64,000 nucleotides of DNA from Chiloscyllium plagiosum (taxonomy: Eukaryota): contig NC_057718.1 in NCBI RefSeq assembly GCF_004010195.1, positions 38,979,143-39,043,142 of the forward strand, in the 5' to 3' direction. Numbering within the stretch: position 1 is the first letter of the stretch; each line of letters starts with the position of its first letter. The notes below the pieces were generated by a model, which was given only the letters and a program-made list of their open reading frames with translations, had not been told where the DNA came from and did not search any database. Below are positions 24,620 to 38,159 of this stretch, one piece after another. Position numbers and translations under genes: made by a program.

Positions 24620-27370
24620 CACATTGCTGTCACTGTGCATTTCTGGTGAAAGGAGTGACTGTTAAAGGTGCTGGATGGGGTCCCAATCAAGCAGGATGGT
24701 TTATCTTTGTTGGTTATTGGAGCTGCACCATCCAGGCAAACTGAGAGAACTCCATCACATTCATGAGTTGTGCCTTGTGGACAGGCTTTGCGGGGTCAGG
24801 AGGACAGTTATTTACCACAAGAGTTCCCAACTTCTGATCTCTTGTAGGATTTACATGGTTGGTTCAATTTCATTTGTTGAAGATGGTCATTGCCTGGCCG
24901 TAATTAGCAGAGGTGATGGCCTACTGGTATTATCAGTGGACTGTTAATCCAGAGACCCAGATAATATTCTGGGGACAACTGCTCAAATCCCTCCATGGCA
25001 GATGGTAGAATTTGAATTCAATAAAAAATCTGGTTTTAAGAGTCTACTAGTGACCATGATTGTTGGAAAAGCTCATTTGGTTCACTAATATCCTGCAGGG
25101 AAGGAAACTGCCCTCCTTATTTTATCTGGCCTACATGTGACTTCAGACCCTCAGCTGTTGACTCTAAATTCCTAATTGCATAGAGGGTAATTGGCAATAG
25201 ATTCTGGCCCAGCTGATGATGCCCTCATCCTGTGAACGAATTTTAAAAAACTTTCGTGCCAGGAATGTTACTTAATACTTATAGGCCTGATCCTGAATGT
25301 TGCTCAGGTTTTGCTGCTTATGCATATGGAATGCCCAGTTTGTGAGGAGTCACAGATGGTGGTGAACGCTGTGTAACTAACTGCAAGCAATTCAAAATCT
25401 GATCTTATGATGGAGGGAAGGTCATTGATAAAGCACCCTAAGATAGTCGGGCCTAGGACACACTCCTGAGGAACTCCTGCAATGATGTAGGGAGTGAGTA
25501 TGATTGGCTTCCAACCACAATATCATCTTCCCACATGCTAGGTATGGGTGCAACCAGTGAAGACTCCCACCTGCCGCCCCCTCCATCCCCCACCCCCATT
25601 CTCATTGCTGTCAGTTTTAACAAAGGCTCTTTGATGCTGCGTTCAGTCAAATGCTGCTTTGATGTCAAGGGCAGTCATTTTGGTCTCATCACTGAAGTTT
25701 AACTCTTTTGTACAAGTTGAACTAAGGCTGTAATGAGGTCAGGAGTAGAGAGGCCCAAGTGAAACTCCAAATGAGCATCATTGAGCAGGATATTTCTCTG
25801 AAAGTGCCACTTGATAACACTGTTGATGATACTTTCCATCACATTGCTATTGTTGAAAGCAGACTGTTGGGGCTGGTAATTGGCTGGGATGGATTTGTCC
25901 TGCTTTTGCTGAACCAGGCATAACTGGGCAATAAGAGTGGTTGATGCCAGTGTTGTAGCTGTAATGGAATTGCTTAGATGGGTTTCAGTACTACTGCCGG
26001 AATGGTGTCATGAGTTGCTGTGGTGTCATCATCAGCAGCAGCAGATTAGCATTCAACCACAATGTGTAGTAGTCTTTGCAATATCCAGTGCCTTCGTCCT
26101 TTTTGTGGTAACACATAGAGTGAATTGGATTGGTTAGAAATGGGCATCAGTGATGTAGGGAACATCAGGAAGAGGGTAAGCTGGATCAGTACTCTCATTG
26201 AGAGCTGCAGCTGAGAATGTTTGTAAATGCTACAGCAATGACTTTTGCAGTGACGTGCTGGGCACCCCAGTTATTGAGTTGTGCAGTCTTTTCCTGTCAT
26301 TACTTGTTTAATTATGCACCATCATTCATGACTGGATGTGACAGGTCTACAGAGCTTTGATCTCATTTGTTGTTTACGTGATCATATGGCTTTGTGACTT
26401 GAACGTTGCTTTCTTTCCTTAGCAGTAAGTGTGTTTATGCCCTCACTTGGTTGACACCTTATTTTTAGATATACCTAGTGCTATTTCTGCACTCTGTATT
26501 GAACCCAGAGTTGTTCCCGTGGTTTGATGGGGATGGTGGTGTGAAAGATAAGCCAAACTGTGAGGTTACACATTGTGATTGAATACTATTCTGCTGCTGC
26601 TGATGGTCCACAGCAACTCCTAACTGCCAAGTTTTGAGTTGATAGATCCATTTGAAATCTGTACAGCTTAGCATTGGAGAACGCCATGAATGATTTCCCT
26701 CATATGAATGCAGGACTTTGACTCTACATAACTTTGTCAGGTTTTTCCCCCTTGTTGATTTTCTCACACTTACCACGGATCCACTTTGTGTCCTTTAGGG
26801 TTTGTTCAGAAATGACATTACAGTCTTAGTAATGGACACTGAAGTCCCCTAGCCAGAATGTGTTCTGTGTGTTCTTCACTTGTTGCATTCTAGTGGTCAT
26901 CAACTTAGACGAGTACTGAATTCACTTTGTAAGCCTAGTTCTGTTCAATCACCCTATGCTTTGTTTTCAAAAGATAACCTTTCACTATACTTAAGTACAT
27001 GAGACAACAATAAATCAAATCTACTGAAGGAGAGTAGAATGTGATAAACTGGAGGTTTTCTTGCTCATGTTTGACTTGATGCTGACGACTTCATGGAATT
27101 TGGATTCAATGTTGAGGACTCAAAGGGCAACTCCTTCTGAACTGCAGAGCACTGTGCTACCAGCTGTGATGGGTATGTTCTGCTGATTGTGGAGTTGGGA
27201 CTTTGCCTACGTCACTAATTTTGGCTGCTGCTTAAAAAGTCTGTTCAACAGCTCTCCCAATTTTGGCACAAGAAGATGGATGTTAGTCGGGACAACTTTG
27301 CGGGTCAAGAGTGTACTGATGTCATTTCCAATGCCCTTGTGCCAGGTGGTCTATATAGCTTCCTTCCTTT
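24620..27370 (-). mobile_element. Old L2/CR1-group LINE, heavily degraded
   Basis: Colinear similarity to 42985-47415 (e.g. gaggaactcctgca = GVPQ motif, cagtcaaatgctgctttgatgtcaaggg). Confidence 0.7.
24905..25250 (+). mobile_element. tRNA-derived SINE with LINE-like 3' tail, nested in the LINE
   Basis: A-box-like tggcctactgg (24917), B-box-like gctcaaatcc (24981), tail ctggcccagctgatgatgccctcatcc...aaaaaa. Degraded relative at about 37775-38060. Confidence 0.6.
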
Positions 27371-28649
27371 TTGACAAAGTAGTGTAAATAGAATGGAAAG
27401 AAAAACGGGTAAACACAGACTCATAAATGCTCATTTGCTTACCAATAATATTGTATTCAAAATAATGAATTAAAATGGTATTAATGCAACCCTGTAATTT
27501 AATATTTAAGGTTTATATTTTAATTGTCCAAAGGAAGAAAGATAAGTGTAAGCATGCTAATTTATTGCTTTGTGATGCTCTTGTTTTCCATTGCTATGTA
27601 TATTTGCAAGTTCAAAGTACACTTTCTCAATGAATTAAATGTTTGAATAGCTAAGTAAGGATATTGGAAACAGCTGGGAGATAATTAATACATATTTGCA
27701 TGTTAATATGTCATTAATTAACAATTGCTTTTGATATGCATATTTTTCCTGATCTTGTTAGAAAATGCTTCACAAGAACTCATCCACTCACACCTTTTGC
27801 ATCCCCTCAGTGCCTTCGCAGGTGCCCACGTAGAGCTGCTGCACAATGCCACCCTGGTGGTCGCAGCGTGGCTGTCCAACCTGGGTCCTCCATGTGTGAC
27901 CTCACATTCCAAAGACCCAGCACCCACTCAGTCCTTGTCCCCCCTCCCCTGTCTACAGGCTACTCGTGCCTCAACATCTCACCACTTGCAGGTCGCTTCT
28001 CTCTGAGAGTGTGACGGTGATTATTTGCCATCAGTTCTTCACTGTCACGCTATTACTTGGCCAAGGTAGTAGTTCTTGGGTATCTGCAAACATAAAGGGG
28101 TGCTGGGGGGGTGCTGTAGTGAGGGGAGGCAGGAGGATAAGAAAGTAAATAGTGCATACTTAGACCATGTTCATTGTATAAACCAGAAGAGATTGTGGGA
28201 TGAGATGAAGGTGAGATGTAGGCAGATGCATTACACTGTTCCAAAGACATTTTATATTTAACACTACTTGGAGGAATTAAGTTTTGAAGAATTGTGGAAA
28301 ACTGATTTATTGCAGAATTGATGGAACTACCTGGAGTGATTTTTTTTTTAAGGAAGCAGTCTGCACAAGTTCACTGTGGACACTAGAGTTTCATTTTTAA
28401 CAAGGTTTTCTGTGAATCACATGGCTGGTGGTAATTGTATGGTTTGGTGTAGACCCCTACTGGGGCTTGTTTTTTATGAACAATGACTGGTTTGGAGAGG
28501 TTCTTGCTTTATCTGTTCTATTTGGAGGAAAGCCTTCTAAGAACAAACTGTCTACCTGATCTCTTTCCCATTTCTGAAAAGAAAACCCTCTTGATAAAGG
28601 CAAATCTTATTTGATCTTGGAAGGAGTGATTGAAGAAACATCTTAAGAT

Positions 28650-28995
28650 TGAGGTATATAAAATTGAAAGGCCTAGTCAGAGTAGCTCATCAGAATAGTT
28701 TCCCTGTGGCAGAGACCAGAAGGCATGTGTTTAAGATGAGGAGTAAGTAGTTTAGAGGAAATCTGAGGAAAAAATATTTCACCCAGAAGGTGATAGAAAT
28801 ATGGAATATGGAAGAGGGTGGTGGAGGCAGATACCTTGCAACATTTAAGAAATATCGGATGAGCACTTAAAATGCCAGGGCATTGTAGGTTATGAACCAA
28901 GTGCAGGTAATTGAGATTAAGAATGGCTTGGTGTTTGTTGGGCAGCATAGTAGTGTTGTGTTGAAGGATCTGTTTATATGCTGTATGACTCTAAG
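28650..28995 (+). mobile_element. CR1 3' fragment
   Basis: gaggtatataaa...ttcacccagaaggtg...ctgtatgactcta tail. Confidence 0.7.
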
Positions 28996-29122
28996 TGTTT
29001 CCTTTGCCAAATTAAATATAAATAGGGGTGGTGTTTGCTGCATTAAAAGTAAGAAAGTAGCACACATTGTTTCGAACCAAGACGTTTGCTGAACAGGCAT
29101 AGTGTACAGCAGCTACTGTGAG

Positions 29123-29267
29123 TTTCCTGATGAATTTCCTGATGAAGGGCTTTTGTCCAAAAAGTCGATTTTCCTGCTCCTCGGATGCTGCCTGACCTCC
29201 TGTGCTTTTCCCGCACCACTCTAATCTTGATTCTAATCTCCAGCATCTGCAATACCCACTTCCACCT
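29123..29267 (+). mobile_element. Solo Penelope family-A terminal repeat with mutated hammerhead
   Basis: (tttcctgatgaa)x2 then GGGCTTTTGTCC-AAAAA-GTC (GAAAC lost), followed by the family-A 3' end. Confidence 0.75.
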
Positions 29268-29871
29268 AGCAGCTATTGTGGTCCATCTGGATCTAATAGC
29301 GTTCTGTAAGGTACCTATAAAGGTTTATTGTGTTCCAGAGACTCAGCAAGGGGGAAAATCCACATCGCAACTGTATAATTTGGAATAATACTGTTGCAGA
29401 AATAAAGCATAATTCATGTGCTTTGAATGTAAATTTCAGTTTCAGGAATATAATGTTTAGGTTGGGAATTAAAGTTTTATCAGTTTGGGGTCTTTGGGCA
29501 GGATTTTGGGTTGGTTAAGGTTCAGACAATAAGCTATAACAATGAACTTCTATTGTACTTGGTAAGAAATAGAATGATTATGTCAATTGCAAACATTTTT
29601 CTGGAGGGGTAAGATTTCCTCCTGACTGATTTGCAGCCAGAGTTCAGTCGATAGAATTAGCAAGAAAATTGAAGTTGGAGTTAATTGCAATTAAAAAGTA
29701 ACCTATATTTATCTCAAAGCCTGAGTTAAAATGCAAAACAATGGACAACCCATTTCAGGATCCTAGAGCTGGTTTGTCTCTCATTATCTCAATAAAAGAA
29801 GCTAAAAGCTACCAGTTTTGATAAGAAAAGCTATTTGATGCATCTGTGTGTCTTTGCTGATAGAAGGCCAG

Positions 29872-30210
29872 TGAGATATAGGAGCAGAATTAGGTCATTT
29901 AGCCCATTGAATTTGCTCCACCATTTGATCATGTCTGATATGTTTCTCAATCCCATTCTCCTGACTTCTCCCTTTTAACCTTGATCCCCTTATTAATCAA
30001 GAACCTATCTATCTCTGTCTTAAATACACCTAATGATTTGGCCTCCAGACCCTTTTATGGCAGTGAGTTCCACGGAATCACCACCATCTGGCTAAATAAA
30101 TTCCTCCTCTTCTCAGTTCGAAAGGGTTGTCCCTTCACTCTGAGGCTGTGTCCTGAGTGTCTACTACCAGTAGAAACATCTTCTCCACTTCCACACTCTC
30201 ACTATTCTGT
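29872..30210 (-). mobile_element. CR1 3' fragment
   Basis: gatataggagcagaattaggtcatttagccc... is the reverse complement of a CR1-type 3' UTR. Confidence 0.65.
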
Positions 30211-31264
30211 AAGGTTCAGTGGTGGACTTGGTAAAAGAAGAAGTGGAGGGTCATGTAGCCAACTTTAATAGAAGGTCTTTGATAGGATTTCTGTCTCAGA
30301 AGAACATTAATTCTATGGAGAATTGATATGAGTATATATGTAGTCATGTATATAGGAGTCGCACTATGGTGTATCTTTGGGTTAGTTGCAGAAAAAGTAA
30401 ATGAGCTTTCAAAAGTTTTTTTAGATTAGGAAAGTCTTAAGAGGTGAGTAAAAGTAGAAATAAGTATTTATAAGCTTTTGTTTTAAACTAATAGCCTTTC
30501 TTTTATTTAATGTCAGTTTATGCACAATGATGTTTGTTTCACTTAAATAAAATGAAATCTTGAGTCTGTGAATTGAGCAGTATTTGCATTTCTTCTTTAA
30601 AGGTCAGTGGTCCCGAACAGAGCTGCAATAGTAGGAAGCAGTAATTGCTCACTTAGCGCTGTTCACACCATCAGTGGTATTAACACAAAGGCAGGCAGGA
30701 AGAATGATAAGATAATACATCCTTGGTTGCTTACAGGTTCCTGGGAGGAAGGAAGGAGTTGTACCTTGTACAAAGGCACTCAGTGCCTGATCAAGGGACC
30801 TGGCACCAGATGCAAGGGGCATGCTGAGAGTAACCCCAAGTCCTTGCTGCTGACTTTTTTTGCCCTGCACCCCTTCTGCACCACCATTTCTCATGTGTGG
30901 CATGGGTTCCAGAAAGATGCTGGGCTTTTGAGTTAGTGTAGTACCAACAGCAGCAACTATCTTCCTGGTGGCACAGTCATTCACTCAAGTTGGCGGCCTC
31001 TTGATCAGAGGGAAGGCCCGTCACTGCCAGTGAGGTGCCCACTTGACACTGAAAACCATGAGCCTTCCCAAAAAGAGGTGACATTTGGCTCTCATTGGCT
31101 GTCCTGCTGGTGTCTGAGACCCAGGCATTTCCATTTAATACTGTTCATAGACTTTCTAGATCAGTCCTTTAAGTAATGGATGTAAATATCTTGAAACCTT
31201 TCCAACCTATTTTAATGTGCTTGAATTTTCTCATCTAACTTCACGATCTCCCTGACAATGAGAC

Positions 31265-32840
31265 AGAATAAGCAGAATCACAGACTTGTTGTGATGCAGA
31301 AGGAGGTCTTCCGGACCATCATGTCTGCTCCTCTCCAAATAAGCATTATGAGCTAATGTTGTTAGCCTAGCCTTTTCCACGTAACCCATGTTATTTCTAT
31401 TGAAGTAGTCATCTAATTCCCTCTTGAAAATTCCCTCTTGATTCAATCTGCCTCCATCTTTCCTCTTTCCAGATCCCTCGTGATTTGGGAAATGTTTAGC
31501 AGCTCTCCTCTTGACCTTCACCTCTCCAGGGGTTATCCAACCTGACATTACAACTAAAGCTTCTCATGTCTGGAACCATCCTTGTGAATCTCATCTATGT
31601 CCCTACAATGCATTTATGTGCTTCCTGAAGTGTATTGCCTCAAACTATTCACAATACTCCAGCTAAGATCTAAGTGTCTTATACAAGTTCAACATAACCT
31701 CCTTGCTCTTGCCCTGTTAATAAAAGCTTAGCATATGCTTTATTGTACTCTCTCAACCTGCTCTGTCACTTTTAATCATGCATGCTCATACACATTATGG
31801 TCACTTTGCTTTTGCATACCCTTTAGAAAAATATCTTTTAATTTATATTGCCTATTCATGTTCTTGCTATCAAAATATATCACCACCTACTTCCCTGTCT
31901 TGAAGTTCTATCAGCCACTTACCTATCTACTCACACCACTAGTCAATGTCCGTTTGAAGCTCTACATTATCCACCTCAACGCTTACAAGTTTTAGATCAT
32001 TTGCAGACTTTGCAATTTGCAACTGTATAGCAATCATTAATTAATTATTAAGAATTAGGATCATTAATATATTTCTGGAAAAGGTTCCAGTACCTACCCC
32101 TGGGGATCTCAACTGCAAACCTTTCTCCAGATCTAAAAATATCCAAACACCAAAATTCTCTGTTTCTAATCTCTCAAACAGTTTTATGTGCACATTCCAC
32201 TATCCTTTTTATTTCATAAGGTCTAACTTTGCTTACAGTTTTCTGGTACAAAACAGCTTCTGGAAGTCCAAAAATGCCACATCAGCTGCAATACCTTGTT
32301 AACTGTTCAAAAAAATTCCAAGTTAAACATGATTTTCCTTTAAGAAGTCCATGATAGTCCTTAATTAATGCACATGTTTATGTGATCTGGATATAAACAA
32401 ACAATCATTGTTTGTTTATAAGAGTTGCCTCACCACTAACGTTAAACTGACTGGTCTAATTGCTGGTCTTATCCTTATACCATTTTTTGAACAAGGGCAT
32501 AATATTTTCAAATTTGAAGTCCTTGAGTCTAAGGAAGACTGAAGAGATATGGACAGTGTCTCCACAAATTCGACTCTGACTTCCTTCAGTAGCGCATCCA
32601 ATCCCAAAGCCTTGTGAACTTTAAGTACTGACAGTCAATCTAACACTTCCATGTCATCAATTTTAAAACCCTTCTAATTACTGAATAGTCTCTCCTGTCA
32701 CAATGGCAAAGGTAGCATCCACCTCCTTGTCCAAGACAGCTGCAGAGTATTGCTTGAATACCATGCCACTGGGTTTCCATGTATCAATCCACTTGGTCCC
32801 TAATTGACCCTACTGCCTTTTATAACAGTTTTACTATTTA
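31265..32840 (-). mobile_element. Old degraded CR1
   Basis: Remnant RPVSLTLVV motif and colinearity with younger CR1 copies. Confidence 0.6.
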
Positions 32841-32841
32841 C

Positions 32842-33880
32842 AGAGTCATAGAGATGTACAGCATGGAAACAGACCCTTCGATCCAACCTTCCATGCCGAC
32901 TGGATATCGCAACCCATTCTAGTCCCACCTGCCAGCACCCAGCCCATATCCCTCCAAATCCTTCCTATTCATACACACATCCAGATGCCTTTTTAAATTC
33001 AAAATTTGGGTGAAGATTTGTAGCTCGGGTGCTCCTTGCTGTGGTTCTGTTCGCTGAGCTGGAAGGTTTTGTTGCAAACGTTTGGGGACAGGGGACGAAA
33101 CGTTTGCAACAAAAACTTCCAGCTCGGCGAACAGAACCACAGCCTTTTTAAATGTTACAATTGTACTAGCTGCTACCAGTTTCTGACAGCTCATTCCATA
33201 TACATACCACCCTTTGCATGAAAAGTTGTCTCTTAGGTCTCTTTTATATGTTTCCCCTCTCAGCCTGAACCTATGCCCTCTAGTTCTCCCAATCCAGGGA
33301 AAATACTTTGTTTATTTATCCTATCCATGCCTCTCATGAATTTATAAACCTCTATACGGTCACCCCTCAGCCTCTGATGCTCTAGGGAAAACAGCCCTAG
33401 CCTATTCAACCTCTCTCTCAAATCCTCCAACCCTGGCAACATCCTTGTAAATCTTTTCTGAACTCTTTCAAGTTTCACAATATCCTTCCGATAGGAAGGA
33501 GGCCAGAATTGCAGACAATATTCCTAACCAATGTCCTATACAGCTTCAACATGACCTCCCAACTCCTGTACCCAATATTCTGACCAATAAAGGAAAGCAT
33601 ACCAAATGCTGCCTTCACTATCTACCTGCGACTCCACTTTCAAGGAGCTATGAACCTGCACTCCAAGGTCTCTTTGTTCAGCAACACTCCCTAAGACCTT
33701 ACCATTAAGTGTATATGTCCTGCTAAGATTTGCTTTCCCAAAATGCAGCAATTTATCTAAATTAACATTTAGATTTATCACATTTATCTAAATTAAATTC
33801 CATCTGCCACTTCTCAGTCTATTGGCCTCTCTGATCAAGGTCACGTTGTAACCTGAGGTAACCGTCTTTGCAGTCTAGAA
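32842..33880 (-). mobile_element. CR1 3' fragment (younger family), interrupted by a Penelope mini-element
   Basis: KLERVQKRFTRMLPGLEDL...RLRGDRIEVYKFM; same family as 49672-51033. Confidence 0.9.
32999..33141. mobile_element. 143-bp fold-back Penelope family-B mini-insertion
   Basis: Matches the termini of the element at 44113-46437; ~45-bp inverted arms; 12-bp TSD gcctttttaaat (32987-32998, 33142-33153). Confidence 0.85.
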
Positions 33881-34170
33881 CAAGAGTTCATGGGTATAGA
33901 GTGGAGAGGAGGTGGGTTCAAAAATGAGATGAAGAGAAACTACTCTGAGGGTTACGAGTCTGAAGAACTCACTGTCCCAGAGTGCAGTGGAGAATGAATC
34001 AATCAGCAGATTCAAGAAAGAAGTAGATATGTTTCTGATGAAAAGTGGGATAAAGGTCTATGGGGAGCAGGCAGGAAGTGGAGTTGAAAACACAGCAAGA
34101 TCAGCCTGGTGGAGCAGGCTCGAAGGACTGAATTGCTTACTGCCACTCCTGATTCCTATGCTTCTATGAG
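33880..34170 (+). mobile_element. CR1 3' fragment
   Basis: tctagaacaagag...ttcaagaaagaagtagat...ttcctatgcttctatg tail. Confidence 0.6.
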
Positions 34171-34554
34171 CATCTTTCCTTTCTACATCCCAAGAAGACT
34201 TTAAGGTGAATTTCACTGAATTGACTTTACATCAATCCTGCAGATAATATATTGGCTGAAACATAATGAAATGACTGTGAAATATGCAACATATCTTATT
34301 TATGATGGTAATGTGTTGCTGGAGAAGCGCAGCAAACTCAAATGTGGCTGCAGAAGGTACAATTGGAAGTGAATAGCCTTCACTAATTCCATTACTGTTA
34401 CCAAATCATGTTTCATAAAATATGTAAATTTGTACATTTTTTTTTGTATTTTAATTTCTACCTTGCTGGAAGAGTAGAGCTCCCATGATAATTCAATATT
34501 TTAATATGATAATCTTGTTTAATAGTACATTAAACTCAGGAACAGCCAGCCTTG

Positions 34555-34964
34555 GATGCCAGTGGTGACACTCTTGCCTCTGATTCAGAAGGTGTCCCCC
34601 AGTGCAGGGGCTCAAGCATATAATGTATGCTGCAAATTCAGTGCTGTAGCAAGAGAGTGCACTGATACATTAAACAAAGGTACCTATCTAACCTAAAGTA
34701 AATGGACAAGATCCAGTTGCAATATTCAGAGAAGAGGAGGGAGTTCTCCTCAATGTCCTGGCGAATACTTATTCCTGAAGAAAGGTCATTAAAATACATT
34801 ACCTGGTCATTATCTGATTGGTATTAGTAGAGTTTTGCTGTCTGCCAATTTCCACACCTTTATCTTGCTGTAGTGACTCCTCTGCAGAAGTACTTTATTG
34901 ACAACACAACACTGGAATTGTCATGGTTCTGCAAAGCTCTATAGAAATATAAAGTATTTCTTTT
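34555..34964 (+). mobile_element. Deu-domain SINE (SacSINE1-like), degraded
   Basis: tRNA-like head cactcttgcctctgattcagaagg, Deu-like gagaagaggagggagttctcctcaatgtcctggcgaatacttat, tail ctatagaaatataaagtatttctttt. Confidence 0.55.
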
Positions 34965-36359
34965 AGCTACTAGTCTCGTTATAAAATTCCATTGTATTCC
35001 AAGTAGTTTTTTCAACACCTACACACACTACTGAGAAATTTCAATTGGGAAAGCATACAGCCGAATTGAGGTTGTAAGTGTTCTTCCTATTCCCTACTGT
35101 AACTTCCATGATGCTCAAGAAAAATCCTGGTGAAATAGCAACAATGTTATTTATAAAATTTTGCCAGCATTTCCATTGATCATCTGTTGGACAATGGGAG
35201 AAATTACATCACTGTATTTCATTACAGCTTCTTACAAGGCAGCAAAAAGAACCTTACATGAAAATCAAAAAGGCACTTGAGGTATTTTTAAATGAGAACA
35301 GCTAATGGTAATTTGCCTATCTAACGAGCTTTTCTGAATTATAGGGTATCACTTTTCTAGGATACAACCGAGGTTATTCTTCTTCTGTACGTCTCAGCAG
35401 GTTGCGACATTGTGTCAGAATGAAGCCAGCAATCTTGAAGAGGTTGGAGCTCAATTTAGTCTTAAATTGTCATCTATTGTAACTGATTCTTTTAGAATGT
35501 CTACAAGCCATTGAGATTCATTGCTTTCAATTATGCATTTTACGTAAATTAAATCGAATAAGGTAGAAAATTCACAGCAGTTATATAAATGTCCTGATTT
35601 GAGAGACAGACTAACATTCATCAGACTTCGGTGCTACACCCAATATGTGAAAATTCCTTTGTCTAGAGCTCTATGACTTTTCAATATTTATTTTATTTTT
35701 ATTTATGAATTATGGGTTTTGATTTCTTACTTTTAGTCTTATAAATGTCATCTCAGGTTTTTGTATAATTCATGATCGTTTGGCTTGATTTGAGTTTACA
35801 TAAAGTAAGCTTTATATTTTCTTAATTTCACATGGGTATGTGTGGTAAAATATAGTAACAGGAACAGCATTAATTGATTAATAATACACAACATCTTTTA
35901 AAAAATTGTGATATTACTTTTTGAGTTGTTAGGGTGACTATGAAAAGATCTTGTTGCACAGTGGTAGTATTCCTACCTGTGGGCCAGACGCTTCAGGTTT
36001 AAATCCAAGATTTATTTCTCCAATCAGATTGGTTATCATCCTATAAATACTTACAATTTACCTGATGACATGCAGTAGGTGCAGTCTCCTGGTCAGCCAG
36101 CCTGCAGAAAGCAGTGGCAAACTACAGCATTGGAATTTCTTTTATAAATTTTAAAATTTTATAAATAACATTTTTGCTATTTCACCAGGATTTTTAATGA
36201 GCATCATGGAAGTTACAGTAGGGAATAGGAAGAACACTTACAACCTCAATTCGGTTGTATGCTTTCCCAATTGAAATTTCTCAGTAGTGTATGTAGGTGT
36301 TGAAAAAACTACTTGGAATACAATGGGATTTTATAACGAGACTAGTAGCTAAAAGAAAT
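34956..36359. repeat. 207-bp inverted repeat pair (34956-35162 / 36153-36359), 990-bp spacer
   Basis: Manual alignment gives 6 mismatches and no indels. Confidence 0.95.
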
Positions 36360-36952
36360 TCCAATCTTGGAAACGTAAGTGGAAGCAAAAACAGGGTGAC
36401 CATGTTCGTAAATATGCAAAGCACTATAACCATTTGTACAAACTAAAATCATTACCAAATAGAGTCTATTGCTGCCTCAGAAAGCAAGGCTTATTGAATT
36501 TACATCCAAATGTTTTCACATTCTTCTACTTAATATGTTAATTAATTGAACTCATTGTTAAAATGTAAACTTACAGATTTGATTGACTTCCACTTCTGCT
36601 TACTTGACAGTGGGACCTTGATGTTTAGTTGGAATAAATCTGAATGGAGCAGATTATCTTGCGACTGTGAATGTTTACCTGCATCTTTCTGCTCCTTTAT
36701 GTTTTTACTCTAAAGTACAAGCTGATAACAGCATGGCAAGAATAATGAAACATCTGAGAGCTTGGTAAACAATGGGACTAACAGACAGTCTGTTAACCAG
36801 TGGAATTACAGGAGTGAGAAAGAATCAAAGCAATAACAGAGGTGAATTAGATTAGGCAAATTGAAGTGAAATCAAGAACAGAAATTTTAAAAAGAATTGT
36901 GATAGTGAATAAAGAAGTTAAAAGCTTCTTTAAAACTTCAAAAAAATCCTAG

Positions 36953-37098
36953 CTATAGTCTGTTGTTGTGTGATTTTTTGCCTGAAATGTTGGTTCTCCT
37001 GCTCCTCGGATGCTGCCTGATCTGCTGTGCTTTTCCAGTACCACACTCTTGATTTTTAACTTTGTCCACCTCAGTCCAACACCGGCACCTCCACATCA
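36953..37098 (+). mobile_element. Chimera of Penelope family-A terminus nested in family-C terminus
   Basis: gttgtgtgattttt [tttgcctgaaatgttggttctcctgctcc...accacactct] tgatttttaactttgtccacc...caccggcacctcc. Confidence 0.65.
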
Positions 37099-38159
37099 GG
37101 AATAAAGAAGGAGGACAGAAAAGAAAGAAAATACATATTTGGCTATCATCTGTTGTTTAAGGGTTTTGTGTGCAAATTAGCTGCTACATTTCTTATATTA
37201 GAATAGTTATATTTAGTAAGTACGTCATTGGTTGTAGATTGGGTGTCCCCAAGTCTCAAACAATGAAATAAATACTTGTTACATTTTTTTCGATCTTTTT
37301 TCTTTTGATTATTTTGTTTGGTTACAATACCCTAATTGGCATCTTCCCCAGTTTTCCTTTTTGTTGCTCTGATATTTTTAACGCTTGAAGATTTTTAAAA
37401 TGCCAGACTTTAAATATTCAATTAAAAATGTACCATCTTAAAGGGTGAGACTCTACAATTCAACAGAATCTGCAATTGGTTTAAGCCACACCACTGTTTG
37501 GTCTCCACATTATTTTTGAGAAATTGCACAATTAACTTACCTCAAAGCTTGACATGGTAATTGGTATTGTAAGCATAGTTTTAATGATGTGATAATATAG
37601 TCCATATTGATATGTCTAATCCAGAAACTGAGCTATTTAAACTGTGGAGTATCACTTCAGGCAGTAAACTGCTTTTAAACTTTACCTTGTCTTAAAGGTA
37701 GCCTGTCCCTCTTGGAAGTTGTACAGAATTTCAGGTGGCCACTACTGAATAGTATGGCAGCAATTAGGGGGAGAAGATGTCATAATTGTAATGTCATTAG
37801 GCTCGTAGTCAGGAGGCCAAGGATAATGCTCTGGAGGTATTGGTTTAAATCCACTGTATTGGGATTTAAATTCAATGAATAAATCTGAAACTGAAAGCTA
37901 GTCTCAGTAACAGTAACATGAAATTGTTAGTGATTGTTATCAAAACCCACATTTTAATTGTAGACTTAGTTATGTGATTGACTCTTAACTGCCCTCTGAA
38001 ATGGCCTAGCAAACCACTCACTTGGGTGACATGTTGTTCTTGCCAATGAAACGCATGTCCCATTAATGGATGATGTATAGAAGAGGAATTGGGCACCAGG
38101 CAGAAAGTGGGGTCCAGGTTGGTGAATGCAGTAGTGAATAGAAGAAGAGAAACCATGAT

